Assembly (NCBI RefSeq): GCF_032191835.1
Contig: NC_083223.1
Coordinates: forward strand, 54,746,001-54,810,000
Length of the DNA stretch: 64,000 nt
DNA from: Heteronotia binoei
Lineage: Eukaryota
Reading direction: 5' to 3'
A program made the translations under genes and the position numbers. Positions 48,371-58,512 of this stretch are shown here, in pieces; the stretch's first letter is position 1, and every line of letters begins with the position of its first letter. The notes below the pieces were generated by a model, which was given only the letters and a program-made list of their open reading frames with translations, made no database searches and had not been told where the DNA came from.

Positions 48371-49015
48371 GACATTAAGAAGCAAGAAGAAGGAAGAAAG
48401 AAGAAGGAGGAAGAAAGAGACTGTGTAATGTTTTAGTACTTATCACCCTATTTCCAAATTGATTGATCTGTGATTTTTCCCTCTTGCTTTGTCCAGCTAC
48501 TTTTCCCCTCCTATCACTGATTAATTATAACAACCTATTGATTTAGACTTATACAAGTGTGTTTTCTAGCATAACTGCCTTAAATCAACTGAAGTTGAAA
48601 TCTTTTGTGCATTGGCCTATTTTAAGAGTATTTTAGAATACATTGACAGCTGAGATTGTGAAGGGTGCGTGCTTTATATTTAAGTAATAACGGGGCTTAA
48701 TAATCTATAATTAACTGACTTATTGATCTGACCCATTGAACTATTGATTTATTGTTTAAACTGAGACTGAATTGCTGGGTTTTTGATTTTCTCATTATAT
48801 GATTTTTTGCTTTTTGAACTTCTACTTTATGAACTGTGGTTTTCATCCTTAAATGAATTTATAGGGATCTTGAAGGTTTGATTGATTGATAACAAAGCAA
48901 GAGGTATTGATAAGAACGTTTATTAATTGAATATATTGTTTTGATAACTTAGTGCATAGACAAAACAAGTTCATCCTACATAATTGGATAACAGCTAGAT
49001 ACCATTATAGATATC

Positions 49016-50011
49016 ATGACGGAGACAAAGATTAAAAAATATGGCCAAGGTACGCCCCCGGCGGGGGGAAGTAAGGCGGCTCCAGTGACTGTCAACCAAG
49101 ATTCCTTGGAAAAACTTCAGAGTATTGTTACAGCTGGCTTCAAGCAGAATCAAGAGGCCTTAGATGGGTTGAAAACGGATTTGATGGGCCAGATTAAGAA
49201 AACAAACGAACAGTTAGCAGAGTTCCAAAAGCAACTGTTGGCCAACACACAACAAGTTCATGATTTGACGGCCAAAGTGGAGAGACTAGAAGATCGAGAG
49301 AAACTAACAACTAATATAGCCACGGAAAACCAAACAAGCTTGATGGAGCTAGAAGAACGTGTGATGAGACTGGAAATGGAGAAAGCCGCAACTATTCTTC
49401 GTTTTCAAAATTTACCAGAAGAGAAAGAGGAAAATATAATTAGTAAAATTTTGGACATCTTAATAGTTGATGATGAAGACTTGCTAGAAGAAGGTCAAAG
49501 AGATATCCTTTGGGCCAAAAGAGTTTCTTCGAATTATACAAGAAAATTTAATCTCCTTCGGGAAGTACAAGTAAAGTTTGTTCGCTCCGAAACCACTGAA
49601 AGGATTTTGAGAAAAGCAAGAGAATGTGAATTGAATTGGAAGGGAACAAAGATCAAGGTTCTAAAAGAAACACCGTGGAGTGTGCGACAGCGGAGATTCA
49701 AATTTAAGAAGTTGTCTACTTGGTTAGTGAAGCATGCAATTCAGTTCAGATGGCTTATTCCACAAGGCCTGTTTTTTACCTTCCAATCCAAGAGATATAA
49801 TATCACTACAGAGGAAAAGATGGAAGAATTTTGTGATGAGTTCTTGAAACGGAATAGATCTGAGTCAGGAGAAGACCAGGAAGCAGAAGAAGGTGCCAAG
49901 AGGCTTACTGATGATGAAACGACCAGAAAGAAAACCGGGAAAGTTAAAACTAGGCTTCAGAGCAAGAAAGACTTAGCCAAGATACCAGATAGTATTGAAC
50001 CAGCAAAATGA
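49016..50011 (+). CDS. L1 #2 ORF1p, 331 aa, open
   Basis: Long coiled coil, ILRFQNLPEE, REVQVKF, QFRWLIPQGL (RRM/CTD-like). Confidence 0.85.
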   Translation: MTETKIKKYGQGTPPAGGSKAAPVTVNQDSLEKLQSIVTAGFKQNQEALDGLKTDLMGQIKKTNEQLAEFQKQLLANTQQVHDLTAKVERLEDREKLTTNIATENQTSLMELEERVMRLEMEKAATILRFQNLPEEKEENIISKILDILIVDDEDLLEEGQRDILWAKRVSSNYTRKFNLLREVQVKFVRSETTERILRKARECELNWKGTKIKVLKETPWSVRQRRFKFKKLSTWLVKHAIQFRWLIPQGLFFTFQSKRYNITTEEKMEEFCDEFLKRNRSESGEDQEAEEGAKRLTDDETTRKKTGKVKTRLQSKKDLAKIPDSIEPAK

Positions 50012-53000
50012 GTTCTAAGTCTGGAATTAAAATACTTTCCCTGAACGTTAACGGTTTGAATGAACCGGGAAAGAGGAAGAGAACCTTTCAGCAGCTGAAA
50101 AAATCTGATGCACAAATTATTTGTTTGCAAGAAACTCATATCAAGAAGGACAATGCAAAGTATTTAGAAAACAAGAAACTTGGCACCTTATACTGTTCAT
50201 GTGATCCTACAAAAAAAAAGGGGGGAGTAGCCATATTTGTATCTCAGCATATAAAGTCGAATTGCTTGTATTCGGATGAACAAGGAAGAATTATTATAGT
50301 AGAGGTGGAGATTAACGGTACCAAAACAATTCTTGGCAATATCTATGCCCCTAACGAAAACCAAGAAAAATTTTATCAAGCACTGTACCTCAAATTTAGA
50401 GAATTTGACTCTGACAGGTATTGCATTGTTGGAGATTACAATGCAATATTCGATACTAAAATGGATAAAAAATTTGATGATCCTCTAAAAAAGAAAAAGA
50501 ACCGGAACTTATTACCTAACTCTTTCATGAAAATGGCAGATGAATTAAATTTAGTCGATGCTTGAAGAACGAAAAATCCAAATACTAAAGACTTTACGTT
50601 CTATTCACATGCACATAAATCTTGGTCCAGAATAGATATGTGTTGGGTATCACTGAATCTTATATTGTCCATCAATCAAGTCGACATCTTACCTCAATCC
50701 TACGCTGATCATAGTCCAATTCTGCTAATCCTCCAGGAAAAATTAAGAAATCCCCGCTGGTCTCTAAACTTGCAAATTTAAAAAAAAACTCAATTTCTGG
50801 AAGCAGCTAAAAAAGAGGTTAAGGAATTCTTTGCCCTCAACTTGGAGAAAGATACAAGGATGCCAGTCATATGGGATGCATTTAAGGCCTTTTTTAGAGG
50901 AGTTGCTATCAGATACTCAGCGAAAAGGAAGAAAGAACAAAGGAAATCATACAATGAGCTTATAACCAAATTGGAGTCTTATGAGAAACAACAGAAAACT
51001 TTGAATTTAAGGGAGACGAAGGCCAAAATCACTTTTATTCAACATCAGATAAACCTTCTTTTGGCAGATGAAATTGAGAGAAAATTAAAATGGGCAAAGC
51101 AAAATCATTTTGAAAATGCAAATAAAGTGAGTAGATGGCTGGCTTACAGATTGAAGAAGGAAAAGGAGAAAAAGATTATAAAAATGCTGAAAAATGATGC
51201 TAAGGAGGAGGTTTTTTCAGAATTCTCAAATGAAAGATATTATTCAAAATTTTTATCGGAATCTTTACAAAGAGCAAAAGATAATAGACCAAAAACAAGA
51301 AGACTATCTGGAGGAAGTTAAAATGAAGCAATTAACACGGGAACAACAAGCAACTTTGGAGAATCCTATTTCAATTCAGGAAATTGTTGATGTGATTAAA
51401 ATTCAAAAAAGTAATAAGACTCCAGGCCCAGATGGGCTTCCGGTTGAGTTTTCTAGAGCTTTTGAAGATATATTATTGATGCCTTTCAAAAAAGTGATCG
51501 AGAGTATCCAAAATACAGGGGAGATCCCAGACTCCTGGAAAGAAGCTCTAATTACCCTGATTCATAAAGAAGGTACTGATCCATCAGAAATCAGAAACTA
51601 CAGGCCAATCTCTCTCCTTAATAGTGACTACAAGATTTTCGCCACAATTTTAGCAAATAGGTTAAAGAAAGTAATTGGTGGCTTAATCCATGAAGACCAA
51701 ACGGGCTTTGTTCCGGGTCGCCTTATGAGCCAGAATGTGAGGCTGCTATTAAATACGATTGAATATTACAGAGACCATCCTGACAAACAATTTGCGGGTA
51801 TCATGGTGGACGCCGAAAAAGCATTTGATAATGTGAACTGGAACTTTATGGGAGCGACATTGGCCGCGGCTGGCTGTGGTGAAAAGTTTTGTAAAATGGT
51901 TGCAGCAATCTACTCGAAGCAAGCAGCGAAAGTTAATTTCAATGGAGTGATGTCTGACCCAATAGAAATAGAACAAGGCACCAGACAGGGGTGCCCCCTA
52001 TCGCCCCTGCTCTTTATTTTGACGTTGGAACCTTTAATCAAGAAAATTAGAGAAGATCCCAAAATTCAAGGAGCCAGAATAAATAATGAAGAATTCAAGA
52101 CCTTGGCGTTTGCAGACAACTTAGTATTTATTTTGGAACAACCGATTTCTTCGATAGCTCTTCTAAAACAAAGATTAAGAGAATTCGGAGAAGTTTCCGG
52201 ATTTAAATTGAACGTCTCTAAGACAAAAATCTTAGCGAAAAACATGGATAAAGCCCAAATTGAACTTCTTGAACAACTTTCAGGATTTAAGTATGAAAGA
52301 AAAATAAAATACCTTGGAATTTATTTAACAAACGATTTAAAGAGTCTGTACAGAGACAATTATGAAAAAATACTGAAAGAGATCCGCAATGATTTAATCA
52401 GATGGAAAGACCTCCAAATATCACTCTTAGGCAGAATTGCTACAATTAAAATGAACATTCTTCCCAGAATCTTATTCTTTTTTCAAACAATCCCAATTAT
52501 TTTACCCAAGTTATTTTTCCAGCAACTTAACTGCATGACCAAGACGTTTATCTGGCAGGGTAAGAAAGCCAGAATAAAATTGAAAGTTTTACAGGACAGT
52601 AAATTAAGAGGCGGTCTGGCTCTTCCAGAATGGAACCTATACTATAAGGCCTGCTGTATTGCGTGGTTAAGAGATTGGTGTATGTTGAGTAACAAGAGAC
52701 TATTGGCCACGGGAGGTGCTGGTCTGGGGGAAGGCTGGCATAATTATATGTGGTATCATACTCCTAACAGATCCGGCCGTTTTCTTAGACATGAAATAAG
52801 AAGATCCCTATACAGGACCTGGCTGGAAATTAAAGTGCATTATTCTTATACTCCAAAGTGGATATCTCCAATAGAAGCTTTGACCCACCCTAATTTGTAT
52901 AATTGGGACAATCAACAAAACTATGGCTATTTGTTGGACGACCAGAACGCCCTGATCGAGGAAGAACTTTCCAAGCTGAGTTGGTGGGTACAATGTCAGC

Positions 53001-53740
53001 TTAAATCAAGATTTCAAAAGGATAAAGAAAAAGGATTTTCAAATAAACCAATTGAATTGGACCTTATTTTAGAGGCCAAGCAGAAGATTATCTCCAAGGT
53101 TTATGATTGGCTGCTCCAAATTAAGATGCAAGATGAGACTGTAAAAGAATCATGGATTCGCTGGTTGAAAGAGTTTGGATTTAACATGGACTTGGTTGAG
53201 TGGGAAAAACTATGGAAACAGAATTTGAAATTAATAAAACCAGCAGATTTTAAAGAAAACCTGTATAAAATGGTATACAGATGGTACCTCACTTCAGATA
53301 GACTGGCTAGAATATATCCCACATATTCAAACAAATGTTGGAAGTGTCGAGAAATTAAAGGATCCTTGTTTCATATTTGGTGGCAATGTGAAGATGCCAG
53401 AAAATACTGGGCCCAAGTCAATATTTGGGCACAAAAAATCTTGAAAATAAAAATTAGTCATGTACCAGAACTATACCTCTTGAATATTTGTAGACAAAAC
53501 TTTCCTACGACAAAACTAAAACTATTACTATACATAGTTACTGCTGCCAGAATACTTTATGCTAAGTATTGGAAGACCAATAAAATCCCCAACAGAGAGG
53601 AATTCATTACCAAACTGTTAGATGCTGCAGAATCTGATTTAATGTCCATAAGATTAAGAGATGGCAATGTGCAAAAATGCCAGGAGGAATGGGATCCCAT
53701 ATATAAGTGGGTAAAAAGTAAAGGTGTTGATTTGGAGTAA
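50008..53740 (+). pseudogene. L1 #2 ORF2 (EN-RT-Cys), disabled
   Basis: Stops at 50563 and 50779, a frameshift near 51215, and catalytic FADD changed to FADN (52109-52120). C-terminal CWKC...HIWWQC knuckle. Confidence 0.92.
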
Positions 53741-53829
53741 CAGAAGTTTATTGATCCTCTCCATTCCTTAGTGTGAATGAGTTTGTAGCTGTAGTGGTTT
53801 TTCTTTTCAATTGTATTGTTGTGTATTCC

Positions 53830-53869
53830 CTATTGTGTTCTATTGTGTTCTATTGTGTTCTATTGTGTT
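53830..53869 (+). repeat. (CTATTGTGTT)x4 in the L1 #2 3' UTR
   Basis: Read directly from the sequence. Confidence 0.9.
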
Positions 53870-54440
53870 TTATTATCTTTTCGCTTATTGTTGTTTTGGA
53901 TGTATTTGTTTCTTTTTATTATTTGTTTGTTTGCTTGCTTGCTTAATAAAAAACTATATCCTCCTAAACTTTGCATGCAAAGTGGTGGCGCCAGGCAGGG
54001 CATTCTTGAGGCGTCTTTGTGACGCTATGAGTCAGTTGCGGCTCCCTCATCATCGGGTCCGAGTTACCGCGGGAATGCGGGCAGACCTGGAGGTTTTTGG
54101 AGTCTTTTAATGGCGTTTCCTTTTGGAGGGAGGATCTGAAGATCGAAGCCGAGCTGCAGATCTCTTCAGATGCATCTGGAGCTAGCGGGTTCGGGGTATA
54201 TTTTCGGGGGCACTGGTGCGCAGAGCAATGGCCTGCGGAATGGTTGGCCAGTGGACTCTGTAGGGATCTGACATTTTTAGAGTTTTTCCCTATTTTAGTG
54301 GCCGTTTGGCTTTGGGGGGAGCAGCTTGCCAACCATTCGGTGCTTTTTTGGTGTGATAACATGGCTGTAGTACATGTTATCAACTCCTTGTCCTCCAAGT
54401 CGGTGTTGGTAATGAACTTGGTCAGGTCATTCACACTGCG

Positions 54441-55505
54441 TTGCCTTTGGTTGAATATTTTATTCCTGGCAAGGCACGTACCGGGAGTTTGCAACAGGGT
54501 GGCGGACGCTCTATCTCGCCAACAGATGGAGCGTTTCTGGCAACTGGCCCCAGAAGCGGACCCGCAGCCAGCGAAAATGCCCTCGGACCTCTGGCATCTT
54601 GGGAAGCAGAAGCCGGTAGGGCCATTCAGCTGGCTTTAGCTCCTAGTACTAGAAGTGCGTATGACAGAGCGGTTGCTCAATTCCATGAGTTTAGGAGGGC
54701 TGCTGCACTGCAGGATTGTTGGCCGATCCCGACGGCTCACATCATGCAGTTCAGTGTGCACCAGAAAGGGAGAGGCCTGGGGCTGAAGACCATCAGGGGC
54801 CAGCTGGCAGCATTGGCCTTTGTTAGTAAAGCCCACGGGTGTCCAGAGAATACGGGTGACTTCAGGGTCAGGAAGATGCTGGAGGGTTGGGCCAGGGAGC
54901 GCGGCCAGCGGGTGGACGCCAGGCAACCCATATCCCCATCTGTTCTCAAGGGGTTGTTTGGGGGTTGGCCGAGCGTATGCTCTTCCCCTTTTGAGGCTGC
55001 ACTGTTTCATGCAGCCTTGCTGTTGGCCTTTTTCGGCGCTTTCCGGGTGAGCGAGCTGGTAGTACAGTCCAAAGCTGATACTTCTGGGAGGGCGCTCCAG
55101 TCCGGGGACGTCAAAATTGATCAGAGTCAGATTGTTTTGACAATTCGGCGGTCCAAGACTGATCAACGGCAGAGGGGATCCATCATCACAATCGGCCTGT
55201 GCTCTTTGCCGGAACTGTGTCCGGTCAAGGCTGTTCGACATTATGTTCGGCTTCGGGGCGAAGTTGGGGGCCCCTTCGTTAGGCACGATGACGGATCCCC
55301 TCTCACCAAATATCAGTTTTGGGTGGTGACAAGCAGGGCCCTGGCTCGGCTGGGTTTGAAGGGCGTCAAGTTTGGGACGCACTCATTCCGGATTGGAACG
55401 GCCTCCACAGCTGCTACGATGGGTTACACGCCTTCCGCCATCCGGCACATTGGCCGGTGGCGGTCGGCAGCGTACAAAACCTATGTGCGCCCGCTGCTCA
55501 CCTAA
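54441..55505 (+). CDS. Ngaro tyrosine recombinase (ORF3), open frame overlapping RNase H, no AUG before the core-binding domain
   Basis: LAPSTRSAY; FFGAFRVSEL (R); RRSKTDQ (K); HSFRIG (H-x-x-R); GRWRSAAYKTY (W, Y). Confidence 0.92.
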   Translation: MPLVEYFIPGKARTGSLQQGGGRSISPTDGAFLATGPRSGPAASENALGPLASWEAEAGRAIQLALAPSTRSAYDRAVAQFHEFRRAAALQDCWPIPTAHIMQFSVHQKGRGLGLKTIRGQLAALAFVSKAHGCPENTGDFRVRKMLEGWARERGQRVDARQPISPSVLKGLFGGWPSVCSSPFEAALFHAALLLAFFGAFRVSELVVQSKADTSGRALQSGDVKIDQSQIVLTIRRSKTDQRQRGSIITIGLCSLPELCPVKAVRHYVRLRGEVGGPFVRHDDGSPLTKYQFWVVTSRALARLGLKGVKFGTHSFRIGTASTAATMGYTPSAIRHIGRWRSAAYKTYVRPLLT

Positions 55506-55576
55506 GGGGTCGGTGGCGGGTGGCCGTTTGTTGCCTTATATTATTATCTGTTGCTGACAGTTGTTTGTTTTTTCAG

Positions 55577-56171
55577 GTGCTGGGGCTCGTGGTGAGAGGT
55601 GTCGTATTCTCATCTGTGGGCACAGCATGGTTTTCTGGGCTGCCCATTACGCCAGACGGTCTCCAGTGGGCACCCAGCTCGGCCTCAGTGCTTGGGCAGC
55701 TGTGGAGTGGCTGGGTCGTCGGGGGCTGCGTTGGCCTGGGATGATGCCCCTGCTGTTCAGGGAAAGGAGGGCACCTCCTCCACACATTTTAGTCGTTCAT
55801 TTGGGAGGGAATGACTTGCGGCTTCTGCGGGGGAAGGCTCTCTCGCAGCAGGTGCTGGCGGATCTCCGTGAAATCAAGCGGAGATGGCCGGGGTGATCCT
55901 GGTGTGGTCAGCAATTCTGCCAAGCAGGGTGTGGAGGTGTACCCTTTCACCGGGTGGTATTGAGCGCGCTAGGCGCAAGGCCAATAGGGCCCTTCAGAAA
56001 GCCATGGAGGATGGCTTAGGAATTTTTCTCCCGCATCCAGCCATATGGGTGGAGCAGGCAGACCTGTATCGGCCGGATGGAGTTCACCTTTCTGAGTTGG
56101 GCAACCGGGCCTTTTTAGATGAGATACGGCAGGGTTTGCGGTCGGCTCTGGGCCGTCCGTTGGGGCGCTAA
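55577..56171 (+). pseudogene. SGNH/GDSL hydrolase-like ORF of Ngaro, one frameshift near 55890
   Basis: Block I ILICGHS, block II GRRG, block III HLGGND, block V PDGVH (about 56073-56087). Confidence 0.85.
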
Positions 56172-56200
56172 TGTCTAAGCAGAGGCTTGGCATTGGCGGT

Positions 56201-56608
56201 GGCTGGAGGAGGTTTGGCCACAGGATTTTTCAGGGGAGCACCTATGGCCTAGCACCGTTGGTGCAGTGGTCTGTATGAACCATAGATGGGCTACACGGCT
56301 CAGTGCGGGGAATGCAGATCACAGGGAGCCTCACCTGGGCGGATCTTTCCATGGGGGATTGATGCTAGCCCAGGTGGAGAATGGCTGGGGGCCTGGCCGC
56401 TCAGCTACAACCTGAATACAGCGGGCTTGTGCTGGGGGCAGGGTGGCTCGCCCTTTGGACAAGGCGGGGTCCGGGGATGACCCCAGGGCTTGTCTGGTTT
56501 AGGTCTCATCCCTGCCAGTTTACAGGTTAATTAATCGTTTAATGAAGCGGCCCGGTTTTAAAACCCAACACTTGTGTCTGTCTCTTCATTCCGACTGGGG
56601 GGGCAAGG
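56201..56608 (+). repeat. Ngaro repeat B1
   Basis: About 9 substitutions versus B2, counted by eye over 408 bp. Confidence 0.93.
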
Positions 56609-56788
56609 TCCTGCCCCTTCCCAGCCAAGCTGGCTCGCCGGCATTCAGGCTGGGGGCCGTCTTTGCCCCCTCGGAAGGAGGGAGCGACAGAGCGATAGGC
56701 CCGATATACGGGTCCTGAGCTGGGCGTGGCGTCGAGGCTATATAAGCCCCGGCCCCGCCCAGGACGTCACAGTTCTCCTGGCTCTCTG
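56606..56788 (+). repeat. Ngaro repeat A2, with a TATA-like TATATAA and an Inr-like CACAGTT about 25 nt downstream
   Basis: Direct repeat of A1. Confidence 0.9.
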
Positions 56789-56955
56789 CCTGCCCACCCT
56801 CCCTTTGGTAGTACAGGCGTCAGCCGGTTGACTTATTAGGGGCCAGGTAGGAATTTTTTCACCTTCACATAATTGGCCCATGTGGAGGTGTTTTTTGCCT
56901 ACCTTGTACTGCCTATTAGTGTCAGGTTTAGTTATTGGTGTTTAATATGGTAGCA

Positions 56956-57364
56956 GGCTGGAGGAGGTTTGGCCACAGGGTTTTTCAGGGGAGCACCTAT
57001 GGCCTAGCACCGTTGGTGCGGTGGTCTGTATGAACCGTAGATGGGCTACACGGCTCAGTGTGGGGAATGCAGATCACAGGGAGCCTCACCTGGGCGGATC
57101 TTTCCATGGGGGATTGATGCTAGCCCAGGTGGAGAATGGCTGGGGGCCTGGCCGGTCAGCTACAACCCGAATACAGCGGGCTTGTGCTGGGGGCAGGGTG
57201 GCTCGCCCTTTGGACAAGGCGGGGTCCGGGGATGACCCCAGGGCTTGTCTGGTTTAGGTCTCATCCCTGCCAGTTTACAGGTTAATTAATCGTTTAATAA
57301 AGCAGCGCGGTTTTAAAACCCAACACTTGTGTCTGTCTCTTCATTCCGACTGGGGGGGCAAAGG
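56956..57364 (+). repeat. Ngaro repeat B2 (AATAAA at 57296-57301)
   Basis: Direct repeat of B1. Confidence 0.93.
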
Positions 57365-57952
57365 GTCATCCTTGGTCCAGACATGGTGGCAGCGGTTTCC
57401 AATTGAGAACACATTTGCAGCACTAGCAGCACTTGGTGACAAGACCTTTGCCTGGGAAAGCACAATTATGCAAGTGTTTGTTTTCTTGGCTGGAAAAGAT
57501 GAGCCAGAATAAGGAGCTGTTTGCTCCTATAGCTGATTCATGGTTTGGAGCTGACATGATGGATGAGCTGGGTGCCTCAGGAAGTCCTACAGTGTTTACT
57601 GAGAGGCCCTATAGCCCATATTCACCTTCACTGAATCTTTTGAGAGCTGCTAATGGACGCTTTGTGGATCATAATGAAGCTGCCTACATAGGTTCATTTT
57701 GCAGCAGCTGGGAAGCTTGGTGGTCAGACAATGATCCATGATGGCAGTATCAGACACAAACCGGAGGCTTGTTGAAGTGTTCTCCTTTAACGGTTAACAG
57801 AATTACAATGGACTCGTGTACCTCACATGGAAGTAATCTAATACATGTGATCAAAGCATGGATCATCAAGATCACAGTTTCTGAGGATCAGCTGTAGTTG
57901 GAGGCTCAACTAAAGCTATTTGCCACAGAGGAGATTTCCGCTTCCAACCTTA

Positions 57953-58512
57953 AGAACATAAGAACATAAGAGAAGCCATGTTGGATCAGGCCAACAGCCC
58001 ATCCAGTCCAACACTCTGTGTCACACAGTGGCAGAAATTTTTATATATACACACACACTGTGGCTAATAGCCACTGATGGACCTGTGCTCCATATTTTTA
58101 TCTAAACCCTTCTTGAAGGTGGCTATACTTGTGGCCGCCACCACCTCCTGTGGCAGTGAATTCCACATGTTAATCACCCTTTGGGTGAAGAAGTACTCCT
58201 TTTATCCGTTTTAACCTGTCTGCTCAGCAATTTCATCGAATGCCCACGAGTTCTTGTATTGTGAGAAAGGGAGAAAAGTACTTCTTTCTCTACTTTCTCC
58301 ATCCCATGCATTATCTTGTAAACCTCTATCATGTCACCCCGCAGTCGACGTTTCTCCAAGCTAAAGAGTCCCAAGCGTTTCAACCTTTCTTCATAGGGAA
58401 AGTGCTCCAGCCCTTTAATCATTCTAGTTGCCCTTCTCTGGACTTTCTCCAATGCTATAATATCCTTTTTGAGGTGTGGCGACCAGAACTGCACACAGTA
58501 CTCCAAATGAGT
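57953..58512 (-). mobile_element. 5'-truncated CR1 LINE
   Basis: EYCVQFWSPHLKKDI..LEKVQRRATRMI..LFSLEKRRLRGD, a terminal (TTCTTATG)n repeat, and a possible TSD ACCTTA (57947-57952, 58513-58518). Confidence 0.92.

Larger units (their letters stand above)
47024..53966 (+). mobile_element. L1 element #2: full length (about 6.9 kb), inactivated
   Basis: 18-bp TSD AACTTTGCATGCAAAGTG (47006-47023, 53967-53984). About 2-kb 5' UTR with a CpG-rich start, ORF1, ORF2, 3' UTR, and AATAAA at 53945-53950. Confidence 0.95.
41084..54639 (+). pseudogene. Ngaro RT-RNase H ORF2 in three pieces (about 41084-41910, 46895-47023, 53985-54639)
   Basis: SPLGVVPKK, DIKSAF, LPMG, YLDD (41737-41748), FLGIELD | GHLNFACKV | SDAS, LEF, CDN, VADALSR. 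Stop TGA at 41467 and a frameshift near 54100. Confidence 0.9.
38720..57364 (+). mobile_element. Ngaro-type tyrosine-recombinase (DIRS-order) retrotransposon with nested insertions
   Basis: Split direct repeats A1 (38720-38866)...B1 (56201-56608), A2 (56606-56788), B2 (56956-57364). ORFs for gag, RT/RH, YR and SGNH hydrolase. No methyltransferase domain seen after RNase H. Confidence 0.93.
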
